DNA of 64,000 nt from a bacterium (GCA_043824255.1 JBDRTG010000043.1:47644-111643), one strand, 5' to 3'. Shown: positions 29,332-39,373, numbered from the stretch's first letter. The notes: a model not told the origin generated them from the letters alone. Program-made: numbers and translations.

Positions 29332-29754
29332 TTACCATCTATATCTAGCTTTAAAACCCATTGACTTGTGTCTATGCCCGATTAATTTTAGCATTGGGCC
29401 AATGCTCGTCGCTCCATACTTATTTTGAAGTGTGGTTCTAACTACAATAGCAGATACATACCACCTTTTCTTACGCTTGCTAGTGCGTTGTATATAGTTC
29501 AATCCCGCTGTTTTAAATTCAGCATAAATACTATTTCCGTGCTCGTCCCACAAGGTTGCACAGTAAGTTCCTTTATCTACTTGAGATATATCTGTTGCGT
29601 AATTAAATTCAATTCTTATTATTTTGTTTTCATAGTCTGCCCAACTTAATTTAAGTTGCGAGATACTCATTCTTGTTTCTCCAGCTCTCACAGATGTCTC
29701 CGTTCCACAAAATAAAATCAAAAAGCAAACAATTAATAATATTTTAGTTCTCAT
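29332..29754 (-). CDS. Hypothetical exported protein (possible OB fold)
   Basis: RBS aaggggtgg before ATG 29754; signal peptide 'MRTKILLIVCFLILFC'; short beta-strand pattern. Confidence 0.55.
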   Translation of the reverse strand: MRTKILLIVCFLILFCGTETSVRAGETRMSISQLKLSWADYENKIIRIEFNYATDISQVDKGTYCATLWDEHGNSIYAEFKTAGLNYIQRTSKRKKRWYVSAIVVRTTLQNKYGATSIGPMLKLIGHRHKSMGFKARYRW

Positions 29755-29779
29755 TTTGCACCACCCCTTTTTCATATAT

Positions 29780-30160
29780 CTATTGCGGAGGCTTACATCT
29801 TTTACAAGGTCTATATAGCTTTCGTGCTTCGCTTAACTTCATTGGAATTTTGGATTTTCTGAGATAACTACAACTGTCTCTATGATAACATTTGCCTGTT
29901 CGTGTAACATAAACTATAGGATCATTTCTATTTGCGTCAGATGATACTCTAGTTGCTGATGAAGGAACATAATCTGATGATAGACTTTCCGCTTTACCTG
30001 AGTTATAGGTATTTACAATAGTCCCTTCTACTGTTACATATTTGCCGTATAGTTCTCCTGAATGAAGTTTAGAATCATCCCACTGATAGACTCTGTCCTG
30101 TGCATAGCAGAGTGTTGTAAATAGAGTAATGATTAGGATTAGATATATTAGCTTTTTCAT
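29780..30160 (-). CDS. Exported protein with truncated OB-like segment and C-terminal Ada-type Zn-binding domain
   Basis: Signal peptide; 'YVTVEGTIVNTYNSGKA'; 'VYVTRTGKCYHRDSC..L......ARKLYRPCKRCKP'. Confidence 0.7.
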   Translation of the reverse strand: MKKLIYLILIITLFTTLCYAQDRVYQWDDSKLHSGELYGKYVTVEGTIVNTYNSGKAESLSSDYVPSSATRVSSDANRNDPIVYVTRTGKCYHRDSCSYLRKSKIPMKLSEARKLYRPCKRCKPPQ

Positions 30161-30168
30161 AACGCCTC

Positions 30169-30612
30169 TTATCTATTTATTAAAAGTTGATTATTTGCAA
30201 ATATAGAATCGACAACTTGTTGCACCTTTTTATTTGGATTAGGCCAACTATGTAGCCAGCGGTTATGGAATGCTCCGACTGCCAATAATTCATTAGTTTT
30301 ATTATCATATATCATTACATCTAGTGCTTGAAAGTATATCGTTAAATCCCACTTCCACATGTCAACATAAGTAACGTAGACATCCACACTATCCGGCTTT
30401 TCGCCCAAAGGCCCATAACTCGTTCTTATTCCTCTTCTAGATATAGCTTTTTGAATATAAAGTCCTATGTTTCTCGTTGATTTATCATTCTTTACTACAT
30501 AAGCCGTTTTGATGCTCTGTATTTTGTCGTAGTTATATGCTTGAGGTATTCTAACTACTGAACAGCCACTAAGAAGTGATAGAGCTAGTAATATGGTTAT
30601 TGGTTTTGTCAT
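30169..30612 (-). CDS. Putative lipoprotein
   Basis: Start moved to ATG 30612 (MTKPITILLALSLLSGC, lipobox LSGC); 'YVDMWKWD' pattern. Confidence 0.65.
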   Translation of the reverse strand: MTKPITILLALSLLSGCSVVRIPQAYNYDKIQSIKTAYVVKNDKSTRNIGLYIQKAISRRGIRTSYGPLGEKPDSVDVYVTYVDMWKWDLTIYFQALDVMIYDNKTNELLAVGAFHNRWLHSWPNPNKKVQQVVDSIFANNQLLINR

Positions 30613-30959
30613 TTTGATTTTCTTAATCTGTTTATAATAGCTCTTATTCCATAGAAGATGCCAGATATAATTCCTATTAATATAATAAAAGTAACATATC
30701 CCAATCCTCTTGATAATGCCCCCTTCATTCGACCTGGTGCTATAATCCAGACCCACAAAAATAAAAACAATAACGAAATAATACCTATAATTTTTAATAT
30801 AATTTTGGTCTTTTTTACCTTTGCTCTTTGTTTATCATATTGGATCTTTTCTTCTGCCACTTTTTTAGTTCTTCCACATATAGAACAAAAGTATTCGTCA
30901 TGAGAGAATTCATATTCAACCATTTTTTGACATGTGGGACAATAATTTTTCGAATCCAT
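30609..30959 (-). CDS. Zn-ribbon membrane protein, function unknown
   Basis: 'CPTCQK...FCSICG' then two TM helices. Confidence 0.65.
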   Translation of the reverse strand: MDSKNYCPTCQKMVEYEFSHDEYFCSICGRTKKVAEEKIQYDKQRAKVKKTKIILKIIGIISLLFLFLWVWIIAPGRMKGALSRGLGYVTFIILIGIISGIFYGIRAIINRLRKSK

Positions 30960-30966
30960 TTTTGTT

Positions 30967-31530
30967 TTATTTATTCCTTTTCTTTCTTGAATATTCTTCT
31001 AATTCTTTAACAACAATTGCACGTTGTTTAGTATCAGGAATTGCAATAATTAATAATTCGTTCAACCGATCCATAATTCTTTCATGATAAGGATTGGGGA
31101 AAACATTTCTGCCAATATATGTAAGATACTGTATTTCAACAAGACCTCTCTCCAATTTGACCAAATCACCCTCGATACCTATAACACTATTTTTAACTTG
31201 ATCTATATCATTTTCACTTTTCTTTACGCTTTGTACAGCTTTTGATAATTCTTTTGCTTGGGATTCAATCGATCGTCGGAGAGTATTTATAATTTCAGCA
31301 TCTTGACGTGCTTCTTCCTTTTTTTCTTTTATAAATTTTACATCGGCCCATTTGCTGCTAAAAATAAAGGAGCCAAGCTCCCCAAATTGGAAGAGGTAAA
31401 CTGCACTTAAGATAATAAGGGTAAAAAAGAAAAGAAGTTTATATGTCAAATTTTCCTTTTTGCAAACTTGCCATAGTAATATGCTAAGCATGATAACCGC
31501 AAAAATTAAAAATATTATTTGTTCATTCAT
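30967..31530 (-). CDS. Hypothetical membrane protein with coiled coil
   Basis: Two N-terminal TM segments and a long heptad-rich region. Confidence 0.65.
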   Translation of the reverse strand: MNEQIIFLIFAVIMLSILLWQVCKKENLTYKLLFFFTLIILSAVYLFQFGELGSFIFSSKWADVKFIKEKKEEARQDAEIINTLRRSIESQAKELSKAVQSVKKSENDIDQVKNSVIGIEGDLVKLERGLVEIQYLTYIGRNVFPNPYHERIMDRLNELLIIAIPDTKQRAIVVKELEEYSRKKRNK

Positions 31531-31560
31531 TTTTTAGGCCCAACATTCATCACTAACCAC

Positions 31561-31626
31561 CCACTTCTACTTTAATACTACCCTATCTCAAATTGCCTAA
31601 AACCTCAATAAAGACTTGACCCTTTT
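31561..31626. repeat. 66-bp direct repeat, copy 1
   Basis: ccacttctactttaatactaccctatctcaaattgcctaaaacctcaataaagacttgaccctttt; 3 mismatches against 31995-32060. Confidence 0.9.
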
Positions 31627-31657
31627 TTAGTAGCGAATTGTTAGGCATTTTATTAAG

Positions 31658-31987
31658 TTATGATCGAATCATTGTTAGCAACATTTTGAAATTTTCTGTA
31701 GCCTTTAATGCATGAGGCTTATTTGCTGGCATAACAATCATCTGACCTGATTCTAAAGTATTTGGATTACCCGAAATTGTGATTTCTGCTTTGCCATCAA
31801 GAATATAAACCATAGCATCAAATGGAGCTGTATGTTCACTTAATGCCTGTCCTTTACTAAATGCAAACAATGTTATCGTTCCAGTTTCTTTTTCTATTAA
31901 AGTTCTACTTACAACTGATTCATCTTGGTAATTCACTAAGTCATTTACAGTTTCTGGTTTCGCTTCTTGATTCATGTTTTCCTCCAT
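31658..31987 (-). CDS. Cupin domain protein
   Basis: 'SVVSRTL', 'ITLFAFSKGQALSEHTAPFDAMVYILDG', 'MPANKPHAL'. Confidence 0.9.
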   Translation of the reverse strand: MEENMNQEAKPETVNDLVNYQDESVVSRTLIEKETGTITLFAFSKGQALSEHTAPFDAMVYILDGKAEITISGNPNTLESGQMIVMPANKPHALKATENFKMLLTMIRS

Positions 31988-31994
31988 ATAACAG

Positions 31995-32060
31995 CCACTT
32001 CTACTTTAATATTACCCTACCTCAAATTACCTAAAACCTCAATAAAGACTTGACCCTTTT
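31995..32060. repeat. 66-bp direct repeat, copy 2 (abuts the gltX stop)
   Basis: ccacttctactttaatattaccctacctcaaattacctaaaacctcaataaagacttgaccctttt. Confidence 0.9.
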
Positions 32061-33529
32061 TATGTTGAAAATTTTTGAATTCTTTTCAGGCAGGTTTGTT
32101 TTCCCAGAACATCCATAACATCAAATATCGGCGGGCTTGCGGCGCGGCCGGTGAGTACAACTCTTACAGGATGAATGACGTCTCCCGGCTTCAGACCTTT
32201 TTTCTCAATAAATGCTCTTACTGCGCTTTCAAGTGTTTCTATATCAAATGATTTTACTCCTTCTATTACTCTGCATAACTCCTGTAGCATTTCTAAAACA
32301 CCATCTTTCTTCAAGAACTTATTAACTGCTTTCTCCTCATATATCGGAGTGTCCATAAAAAAGTAATTTATAAGCTGTGGAATTTCAGAGAATTTTTTAA
32401 GCCTTTCCTGGATTAATCCAACTATTTTGGAAATTTTATCAATACTAACTTCCCTGGTGTCTTTTATAAACTTCGCCTTTTTTAACTCTTCCAAAGCGAT
32501 GTCAGCAAGTTTTTCCAGAGACATTTTTCTTATATATAAACCATTCATCCAATCAAGCTTCTGGCTGTCAAAAACAGCATTTCTGTCATTTATCTTTTCT
32601 ATTGAAAAGCTCTCTATAATTTCATCTTTGCTCATAACTTCACGGTTATCTCCGGGAGCCCAGCCAAGCAGGGTAAGAAAGTTGAGTAATGCATGAGGAA
32701 GATAGCCCATGTCTCTATATTCAAGAGGAGAAGCTGCGCCATGGCGTTTGCTCAATTTTGCCTTATCAGGTCCGAGAATCAAAGGAATATGCGCAAATTC
32801 AGGGGAATTAATTCCTAATGCCTTGTATACAGCAATCTGCTTCGGTGTGTTTGAGATATGGTCGTCCCCTCTTATAACATGAGTTATCTTCATTTCTATA
32901 TCATCAACTACACACGCAAAGTTGTACGTTGGACCGGCATTGGATTTAACAATAACAAAATCATCCAGAACCGAGTTATCAATACGTATTTTCCCGTGAA
33001 TAAGGTCTTTAAATTCTGTAGTGCCGGCAGTAGGTACTTTAAATCGCAAAACATGTTTTATGCCCTGCGAGGCTAGATGCTCTATTTCTTCTTTGCTTAA
33101 ATTCCTGCATTTACCGTCATATCTGGGCGGCAATTTTTTCTTTTGCATCTGATGCCTCATCTCTGCAAGCCTTTCAGTAGTGCAGAAGCATGGATAAACC
33201 ATATTTTTCTTGATCAATATATCTGCGTACTTTTTATATTTATCCAGTCTTTGCATCTGATAATAAGGGCCGAAATCTCCTCCAACATCAGGTCCCTCAT
33301 CCCAATCCAGCCCAAACCATCTTAAGCTTTCAAGTATTAGACTTACTGATTCAGGAGTTGAGCGCTCTTTGTCAGTGTCCTCTATTCGAAGTATGAATTT
33401 CCCTCCTGTATGCCTTGCAAAAAGCCAGTTGAATATGGCAGTCCTTGTATTGCCAAGATGAAGGGAACCTGTTGGGGACGGAGCAAAACGAACTCTTACA
33501 TTCTTTAAATCAGCGTTGTTGTTATGCAT
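32060..33529 (-). CDS. gltX: Glutamate--tRNA ligase
   Basis: 'RVRFAPSPTGSLHLGN' (HIGH), 'ILRIEDTD', 'HVIRGDDHISNT', 'KLSKRHG' (KMSKS). Confidence 0.97.
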   Translation of the reverse strand: MHNNNADLKNVRVRFAPSPTGSLHLGNTRTAIFNWLFARHTGGKFILRIEDTDKERSTPESVSLILESLRWFGLDWDEGPDVGGDFGPYYQMQRLDKYKKYADILIKKNMVYPCFCTTERLAEMRHQMQKKKLPPRYDGKCRNLSKEEIEHLASQGIKHVLRFKVPTAGTTEFKDLIHGKIRIDNSVLDDFVIVKSNAGPTYNFACVVDDIEMKITHVIRGDDHISNTPKQIAVYKALGINSPEFAHIPLILGPDKAKLSKRHGAASPLEYRDMGYLPHALLNFLTLLGWAPGDNREVMSKDEIIESFSIEKINDRNAVFDSQKLDWMNGLYIRKMSLEKLADIALEELKKAKFIKDTREVSIDKISKIVGLIQERLKKFSEIPQLINYFFMDTPIYEEKAVNKFLKKDGVLEMLQELCRVIEGVKSFDIETLESAVRAFIEKKGLKPGDVIHPVRVVLTGRAASPPIFDVMDVLGKQTCLKRIQKFST

Positions 33530-35037
33530 ATGACTACTTCCGTCTTAATATTAATGTCTCTTTTATGCTTAAACAAATATCCCAGTATTGGAATATCTTT
33601 CAATAGAGGAATGCCGTGTTCAATGGTTTTTTTATCCTCCTTAAAAAGACCGCCTATAACCAGAGTATCCCTATCCTTCATGCTCACAGTTGTATCCGTT
33701 GATCTATTGCTAAAAATTGGCGTGTCATATTCGCCTTTGTATCCTATAATATATTTTACCTCTGGTTTTACGTTCAGAACAATTAGTTCATTATTTCTAA
33801 CATGGGGTGTAACAGTCAGGGTTATACCTGTCTGCAGAAAATCAGTTATAAAATATCGTGTCCCTGCTCCTACTCCTGCTGCTCTATTATCATAGTTTTC
33901 TTTTCTGTACGGTATACTATCTCCGGATGTGATAACCGCTTTTTGATTATTGAGAACAACCACCTTTGGCCGCGCAACTATCTTTGCTCTTCCTTCACTG
34001 ACCAGAGCATCTATTGTTGCAAAAAGGGCGTCTCTCTTGTATTTTTCTCCCAGAAGGCCTCTTACTATAAGTTCTGTTCCCCTTGTTTCTTTTACTGCTG
34101 TATTTAATCCATGTCCAATGGTTGCTTTTACGGACGGACGAGTAAGGCTCCAGTCAATACCTATCTCAGTTTCCTTATCATAGCTGATCTCGAATATTCG
34201 CGCTTCAATAAGCACCTGAGGTACTTTTATATCAATATTTTCAATAAGCTTTCTTATACTTCTAATGTATGAAACTGTATCAGTTACTATTAATTGGGAT
34301 TTGTCCAGATAGACCTGTACTCTTCCTCTTGATGAAAGCTCATTTTCAACAATTGTTTTCGCTGTAGCAGGGTCAATATGTTGTAAGGGAAATACGGCCG
34401 TGATAAAATCATCAGGCAGCATCTTCTTCAGCATTTTCTCATCAATATTTGCCCCGGTTCCTTTTGATAAAGGATTGTCGAACTCCTGAGAAGTTATATC
34501 AATAATGCTGGGAGTTTGTAAGCTTAGATCTTGTTTTTTAGACGCTGTAATTGTGATTGTAATTTCAACATCTCCGTTTTTCTCCTTGCTAACAGTATTA
34601 ACAGTTACCGTTTTATTTGTGATTACATCAATCAGCGTAGAATATACAGGCGTGCCATCATTTGTTGCCTGTATGCTCGGATTTGCGATGCTTCCTGAAA
34701 TTCTGGATATCTTCAGATTTGATATAAGCTGGTCTTTTTTATGACAAAAGCCTGTTTTCTTTGCCGGATTCACTCCATCCAGATAGATTTTTGTTTTTCT
34801 ATCTAATTGACCAGTTTCTACAGATATCGTTTTTGATTGATCAAACGAAACATTATTTTCTTCGTTTTTATCAAGCACCATATCTATTTTTGATGTCTTG
34901 CTATCAATATCTGTTACAGTTATTTTTGATATAGCTCCTGTCCATAAATCCTCAGAGAAACAAATTCCACCAGATATAACAGAAACCGTCAAGATGAATA
35001 TCGTAACCAATATCCTAAGAACATTTTTATTTAACAT
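33505..35037 (-). CDS. Secretin (GspD/PilQ family)
   Basis: Signal peptide; N3-like domain; 'PQVLIEARIFE', 'ARPKVVVLNNQKA.I..G', 'GITLTVTPH', 'LVIGGL', 'IPLLKDIPILGYLF'. Confidence 0.88.
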   Translation of the reverse strand: MLNKNVLRILVTIFILTVSVISGGICFSEDLWTGAISKITVTDIDSKTSKIDMVLDKNEENNVSFDQSKTISVETGQLDRKTKIYLDGVNPAKKTGFCHKKDQLISNLKISRISGSIANPSIQATNDGTPVYSTLIDVITNKTVTVNTVSKEKNGDVEITITITASKKQDLSLQTPSIIDITSQEFDNPLSKGTGANIDEKMLKKMLPDDFITAVFPLQHIDPATAKTIVENELSSRGRVQVYLDKSQLIVTDTVSYIRSIRKLIENIDIKVPQVLIEARIFEISYDKETEIGIDWSLTRPSVKATIGHGLNTAVKETRGTELIVRGLLGEKYKRDALFATIDALVSEGRAKIVARPKVVVLNNQKAVITSGDSIPYRKENYDNRAAGVGAGTRYFITDFLQTGITLTVTPHVRNNELIVLNVKPEVKYIIGYKGEYDTPIFSNRSTDTTVSMKDRDTLVIGGLFKEDKKTIEHGIPLLKDIPILGYLFKHKRDINIKTEVVICITTTLI

Positions 35038-35476
35038 AAAACCTCCATCTGATTACAGAAGACGATTTTGTAAACTTATACTGCTTAAAGTATTCCTGAT
35101 ATGCTTGGAAATACTTCCTTTCAGAAGACACATCTACAATTCTTCCATCATTGTCATAGCTTAATAGATATATTGTTCTATATCCCTGTTCCTTATTAAG
35201 ATTTTTCGTGCTCATATTAACAGTGTAGTTTGTCCCTTCCTTCCATGTGCTGATAATTGTCAACTTTACATTCGGCCCCTTTGCTTCTCCATGAAGTATT
35301 TTCTCAAGCTCTTTATCTATCTTTTTCACAAGAGGCGGTCTCTGGAATACTGCTATTTCAGGAGCTGACATTCTGTTACCAGAAGGTGCGTTCTCTCCAT
35401 AAACATGTCCTGTCCAAAATCCACATAAAATCCAAATACAAGACAAAATCCAAAATTCAAATTTAGAACTTCTCAT
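35027..35476 (-). CDS. Hypothetical exported protein
   Basis: 149 aa with a signal-like N-terminus; overlaps both neighbouring genes. Confidence 0.55.
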   Translation of the reverse strand: MRSSKFEFWILSCIWILCGFWTGHVYGENAPSGNRMSAPEIAVFQRPPLVKKIDKELEKILHGEAKGPNVKLTIISTWKEGTNYTVNMSTKNLNKEQGYRTIYLLSYDNDGRIVDVSSERKYFQAYQEYFKQYKFTKSSSVIRWRFYVK

Positions 35477-38145
35477 ATTGAATCACTTTTCTCATCCCAA
35501 TCGCTTTCTACGGTTGCTGAAACAACTCTTGGCCGAATATTACAGGTTTTACATCCGTCAAAATTCTTCATTTTCCCTTTAAGAAATTTCTCAATTACCA
35601 TTCGACAGTCTTTCATTCTAAAAATTAAGACTTGAGCATTTCCTATCTTCCCTTCTTTGACTAACCCTTTTTCCTTCATTACTTTTAAGTATGCTCCTTT
35701 ATCTGTAATCGGACAGGCTCCATCCCGCCAGCCCCATGTACGGCACTTTACCATCTGTCCATTTGTAAGCTTTACCGGATGTTCCTCAGTCCTTTTTCCT
35801 AAGCATGGAACATTATTGGTCATTTCAACTACATGGTGGAAAGTATTAGCGCCTGGAACGCTTATCAAGATTACTTTTCCTTCTTCCTTTTCTAAAAGAG
35901 CTAAGGGAGAACTTTCTCCCATAGTAAGGACTTTATGGTGATTTTCCACAAATCTTTTTGCTTTATTGCCCCAGACAGCAAAAGCGTGGGTAGGATTCAA
36001 AGACCTGTAAACACCCTGCATCCTCCAGAAAGTATCAGGAACGATACCATTGGTGGTGGATGTTTCTTTTGGGCTGTAATAACCGTGAACATCCCTGAGA
36101 AATGGAGCATCATGATTAAAAGACGGCATCATTAGAACTCCCTCTTTGCCTACGCTCTCCATTAAGACTTTACAGACTGTTTCCGCTCCGCCTTCCACAT
36201 AACCGATACTGGAAAGAGAACAATGAACCATAATTCGGTCGCCCTTCCTAATACCTAACTTTCTTAAGTCACTCCTAATATCTTCCTTTCTCAATCTAAC
36301 TTTATAATGAATCTTTATGTAGCCGTATTTATCTAAAAGAAGAAAATACCTGAGCAAATTTCTGGTTTCCTCTTGACTTAATCTTTCTCTCAATTCATAT
36401 CCAACCAGTTTGAAGATTTGATAAAGATCCCTTTCCCCATCTGCCCAATTCAATGCCTCATCAGCTGCTTTGGGCTTTTCTCTTCTCTGGTTAAAAGGCA
36501 CTTTAGCCAGGGAAAAAGGAAAACCCACGCTCTTTCTTTCTATAATCATATTTTTGGCTTCTTTTTCTTTGACAGTCATGGAAAGCAGTGCTTCTTCTGC
36601 AATTTTACTCTTTTCTTCCTTAGCTATTTTTTCTATTTCTTTTTCAAAATCATCTGTCTTTTCTTTAGGATTTATTTTTCTCAGGGAGAGAAATCTCTTT
36701 TTCTGCCATGAGCACAAAAAGTCAAACCTTTCCCCTTTTTCCTTTGTAACTTCACCCATTAATTTTTTGCTCTCTTCCAAAATCTTTATTTTTGCTTCTC
36801 TTAAGGCAAGATTTTTCAGATATTTCATCTCTTCTTTATCCGCAGCAGCCAGAAAGTAGGCATAGGAAGCTACTAGGGTGATTATCTTCCCTGCTAAGTT
36901 CCAGTCAATAATCCGGTCAAAGGCATCCATGGAATTATGATGGTATTTCCCAGGATGTATCCAGACCCAATTCGTTGGAATGCCAATGGTCTTATCAGGC
37001 ATGTGAGTATCATCAGAAAAGTTTCCTCTTCCTATCTGGCAGTGATAAGAAGAAAGATAGGATTTCGCCATGTTCTCAAGAAGAAAATCTCCAAAAAAAG
37101 GCTGGCTAGCCGGGTTCATTCTTATATTGACAGGGAAACCTGTTTTTTGAGGGTCGTTACCTATGCCATCCAGACTTACAGCCGCAATTATCTTCTCTCT
37201 TTTTCTTTTATCAGCAAAAAAATGGGCAAAGCCATATCTTTCTGATGATGCTAAAAATCTAATTCCTCTCTTCAAAGGAGAAAGTTTGCCTTTCTTTACC
37301 AGGTTGGAGAGTAGTCTGCTTATCTCAATTAAAGCCGCTCCTCCGATAGCGTCATCTCCTAAAAATGGTTCGTAGAGATGGGCTAAAAATAAGATTTCTC
37401 TGTCTTCCTTTCCTTGAATGAGCCCGGTAACCTCTGCAATTGAACCATCATAAATCCTGCTTTTTACCGCAGCCTTTACCTTTACGTTTTTCTCTCTGAG
37501 TAATTTTGCCAGATAATCCCCCTTACGCGGAGAGATACAGAAACAAAAAATCTTTTTATCCTCTATGGTGTGGTACCACCCGGGACCTCCGCTCCAGCCA
37601 TTTGCCCAGCTAATGCCGTCGGGCAGGTCCAGATAACCTTCTGAATAAGAGGAGATAATACCTATGGCTCCTTTTTGGATCGCTTCTTTTTCTATTGCCT
37701 GAGGAGGAAAATATTGCGTAAAGATAACACTTCCTTTTACATCTTCCCCCTTTTTCATCTTTTCCTCTGAAATTACCTCAGCCGTTATTCCTTCTTTAGG
37801 AGTTGGAGCACAGCGATTGGCAACACAGAAAGGCTCTTCTTTATGGCTCGCTAAAAGTTTTAAAGGGACCTCTTCTGGTTCAACTATTTCAAGTGTAGCG
37901 CTTTCAACATCAAAGGCTTGCGGCATAATATGATCCAGATAGGTTGTTTTACCATCAGCAGGTAAATCCTTCTTTTCTACTCCTAAAGCCCCGGCCCTTT
38001 TAAGTTCCTGAGCAAAATAGAGAGCCGATTTCTGAAAATCCTTATAGCAAAAATGTCTTTCAAAATTATAGATCTGAGTACTTGTTCTCTTCAAATTCTC
38101 CAGATCAAGTTCTCTTTCTACAACCTCCAATATTCTACGATACAT
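35473..38145 (-). CDS. Fusion: M28-family (DUF4910-like) peptidase + AAC(3)-family N-acetyltransferase
   Basis: N-terminal PA/M28 motifs 'FLAHLYEP', 'GDDAIGG', 'SERYG', 'SLDGIG', 'YHHNSMD'; C-terminal 'LRKLGIRKGDRIMVHCSLSSIG', 'GVLMMPSF', 'RSLNPTHAFAVWG', 'NTFHHVVE'. Confidence 0.8.
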   Translation of the reverse strand: MYRRILEVVERELDLENLKRTSTQIYNFERHFCYKDFQKSALYFAQELKRAGALGVEKKDLPADGKTTYLDHIMPQAFDVESATLEIVEPEEVPLKLLASHKEEPFCVANRCAPTPKEGITAEVISEEKMKKGEDVKGSVIFTQYFPPQAIEKEAIQKGAIGIISSYSEGYLDLPDGISWANGWSGGPGWYHTIEDKKIFCFCISPRKGDYLAKLLREKNVKVKAAVKSRIYDGSIAEVTGLIQGKEDREILFLAHLYEPFLGDDAIGGAALIEISRLLSNLVKKGKLSPLKRGIRFLASSERYGFAHFFADKRKREKIIAAVSLDGIGNDPQKTGFPVNIRMNPASQPFFGDFLLENMAKSYLSSYHCQIGRGNFSDDTHMPDKTIGIPTNWVWIHPGKYHHNSMDAFDRIIDWNLAGKIITLVASYAYFLAAADKEEMKYLKNLALREAKIKILEESKKLMGEVTKEKGERFDFLCSWQKKRFLSLRKINPKEKTDDFEKEIEKIAKEEKSKIAEEALLSMTVKEKEAKNMIIERKSVGFPFSLAKVPFNQRREKPKAADEALNWADGERDLYQIFKLVGYELRERLSQEETRNLLRYFLLLDKYGYIKIHYKVRLRKEDIRSDLRKLGIRKGDRIMVHCSLSSIGYVEGGAETVCKVLMESVGKEGVLMMPSFNHDAPFLRDVHGYYSPKETSTTNGIVPDTFWRMQGVYRSLNPTHAFAVWGNKAKRFVENHHKVLTMGESSPLALLEKEEGKVILISVPGANTFHHVVEMTNNVPCLGKRTEEHPVKLTNGQMVKCRTWGWRDGACPITDKGAYLKVMKEKGLVKEGKIGNAQVLIFRMKDCRMVIEKFLKGKMKNFDGCKTCNIRPRVVSATVESDWDEKSDSI

Positions 38146-38171
38146 ATTTGCTTCATCCTTAACTAAAAAAC

Positions 38172-39206
38172 TTAAGTTTCACTTGAAAATAGTTCTTTTT
38201 GAGGAGCTTCCTTATTTGGCATGACACCAAGATGTTTATATGCAAGTGTAGTTGCTTTTCTACCACTTGGTGTACGTTTGATAAATCCCTGCTGTATGAG
38301 ATATGGTTCATAAATCTCTTCTATTGTGTCCTGCTCTTCACCTATAGCAACAGCAATTGTTCCTATTCCTACAGGACCGCCATTAAATTTATGGATGATT
38401 GTTTCTAGAATTTTTTTATCCATATCATCAAGTCCATATTTATCTACCTCCAGCATCATTAAAGCCTTATCAGCAACTTCATTAGTAATCTTCCCGTCTG
38501 CTTTTACTTCCGCATAATCCCTTACACGCCTGAGGAGTCTATTCCCTATTCTTGGTGTACCGCGTGACCTTTTTGCAATCTCCATAGCTCCTTCAGATGT
38601 TATCTCAACACGAAGAATCTTTGCAGAGCGAATGATAATATCATATAGATCATCCTGTCCGTAAAACTCTAATCTGGACACGATACCAAATCTCGACCTT
38701 AGAGGGGAAGTAAGAAGCCCGGCGCGCGTTGTTGCTCCAATAAGTGTAAAAGAGGGAAGATCGAGCTTTACTGACCTTGCACTTGGGCCTTTGTCAATCA
38801 TAATGTCTATCTTATAGTTCTCCATAGCTGGATATAAATATTCCTCTACAACGTGACTAAGGCGATGCACCTCGTCTATGAATATAACATCTCCATCGTC
38901 CAGATTTGTGAGAACGCCAGCTAAATCACCAGCTCTCTCAATAACAGGCCCTGAACTGGTTCTAATATTTACATCCATAGTTCTGGCAATTATATTTGCA
39001 AGTGTTGTTTTTCCAAGTCCGGGCGGCCCATACAAAAGGACATGGTCAAGTGATTCGTTTCTCTTTTTTGCAGCTTGAATGCAAATCTGAAGATGTTCCT
39101 TGATTTTATTTTGACCAACAAATTCCTCAAACCTTCCAGGTCGCAGAGTAACGTCAAACTCCTTATCTTCGTCCCGCAGATTTGGGGTTGTTATTTTGTT
39201 TTCCAT
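38172..39206 (-). CDS. ruvB: Holliday junction branch migration helicase RuvB
   Basis: 'LRP..F.EFVGQ', '[14 protein letters not shown]', 'FIDEVHRL', 'GATTRAG', 'SRGTPRI'. Confidence 0.98.
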   Translation of the reverse strand: MENKITTPNLRDEDKEFDVTLRPGRFEEFVGQNKIKEHLQICIQAAKKRNESLDHVLLYGPPGLGKTTLANIIARTMDVNIRTSSGPVIERAGDLAGVLTNLDDGDVIFIDEVHRLSHVVEEYLYPAMENYKIDIMIDKGPSARSVKLDLPSFTLIGATTRAGLLTSPLRSRFGIVSRLEFYGQDDLYDIIIRSAKILRVEITSEGAMEIAKRSRGTPRIGNRLLRRVRDYAEVKADGKITNEVADKALMMLEVDKYGLDDMDKKILETIIHKFNGGPVGIGTIAVAIGEEQDTIEEIYEPYLIQQGFIKRTPSGRKATTLAYKHLGVMPNKEAPQKELFSSET

Positions 39207-39373
39207 ATAATATAACTATAATCAATTTATCAGAAAAATACAACGGGATTGTAAATGAGAAAGTAGTTGATTCGTCTGGCAAAATATCCTACATTAAACT
39301 CTACCAACATGTATGATATTATATCGGCAATATTTAGTATTATAGCTTAAATGATAACAAAAGGAGTGAAGAA

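Noticed and set aside
28612-31987. Integron cassette array hypothesis for the co-oriented orphan genes
   Set aside because: Most genes abut or overlap (gaps under 10 nt), leaving no room for attC sites, and there is no integron integrase in the window.
35473-36300. Calling the AAC(3) domain a clinical aminoglycoside-resistance gene
   Set aside because: It is fused to a peptidase, lies in a housekeeping context with no mobile element, and the family includes many non-resistance members.
38172-39206. ruvB without adjacent ruvA/ruvC
   Set aside because: Split ruv genes are common; nothing unusual in the protein.
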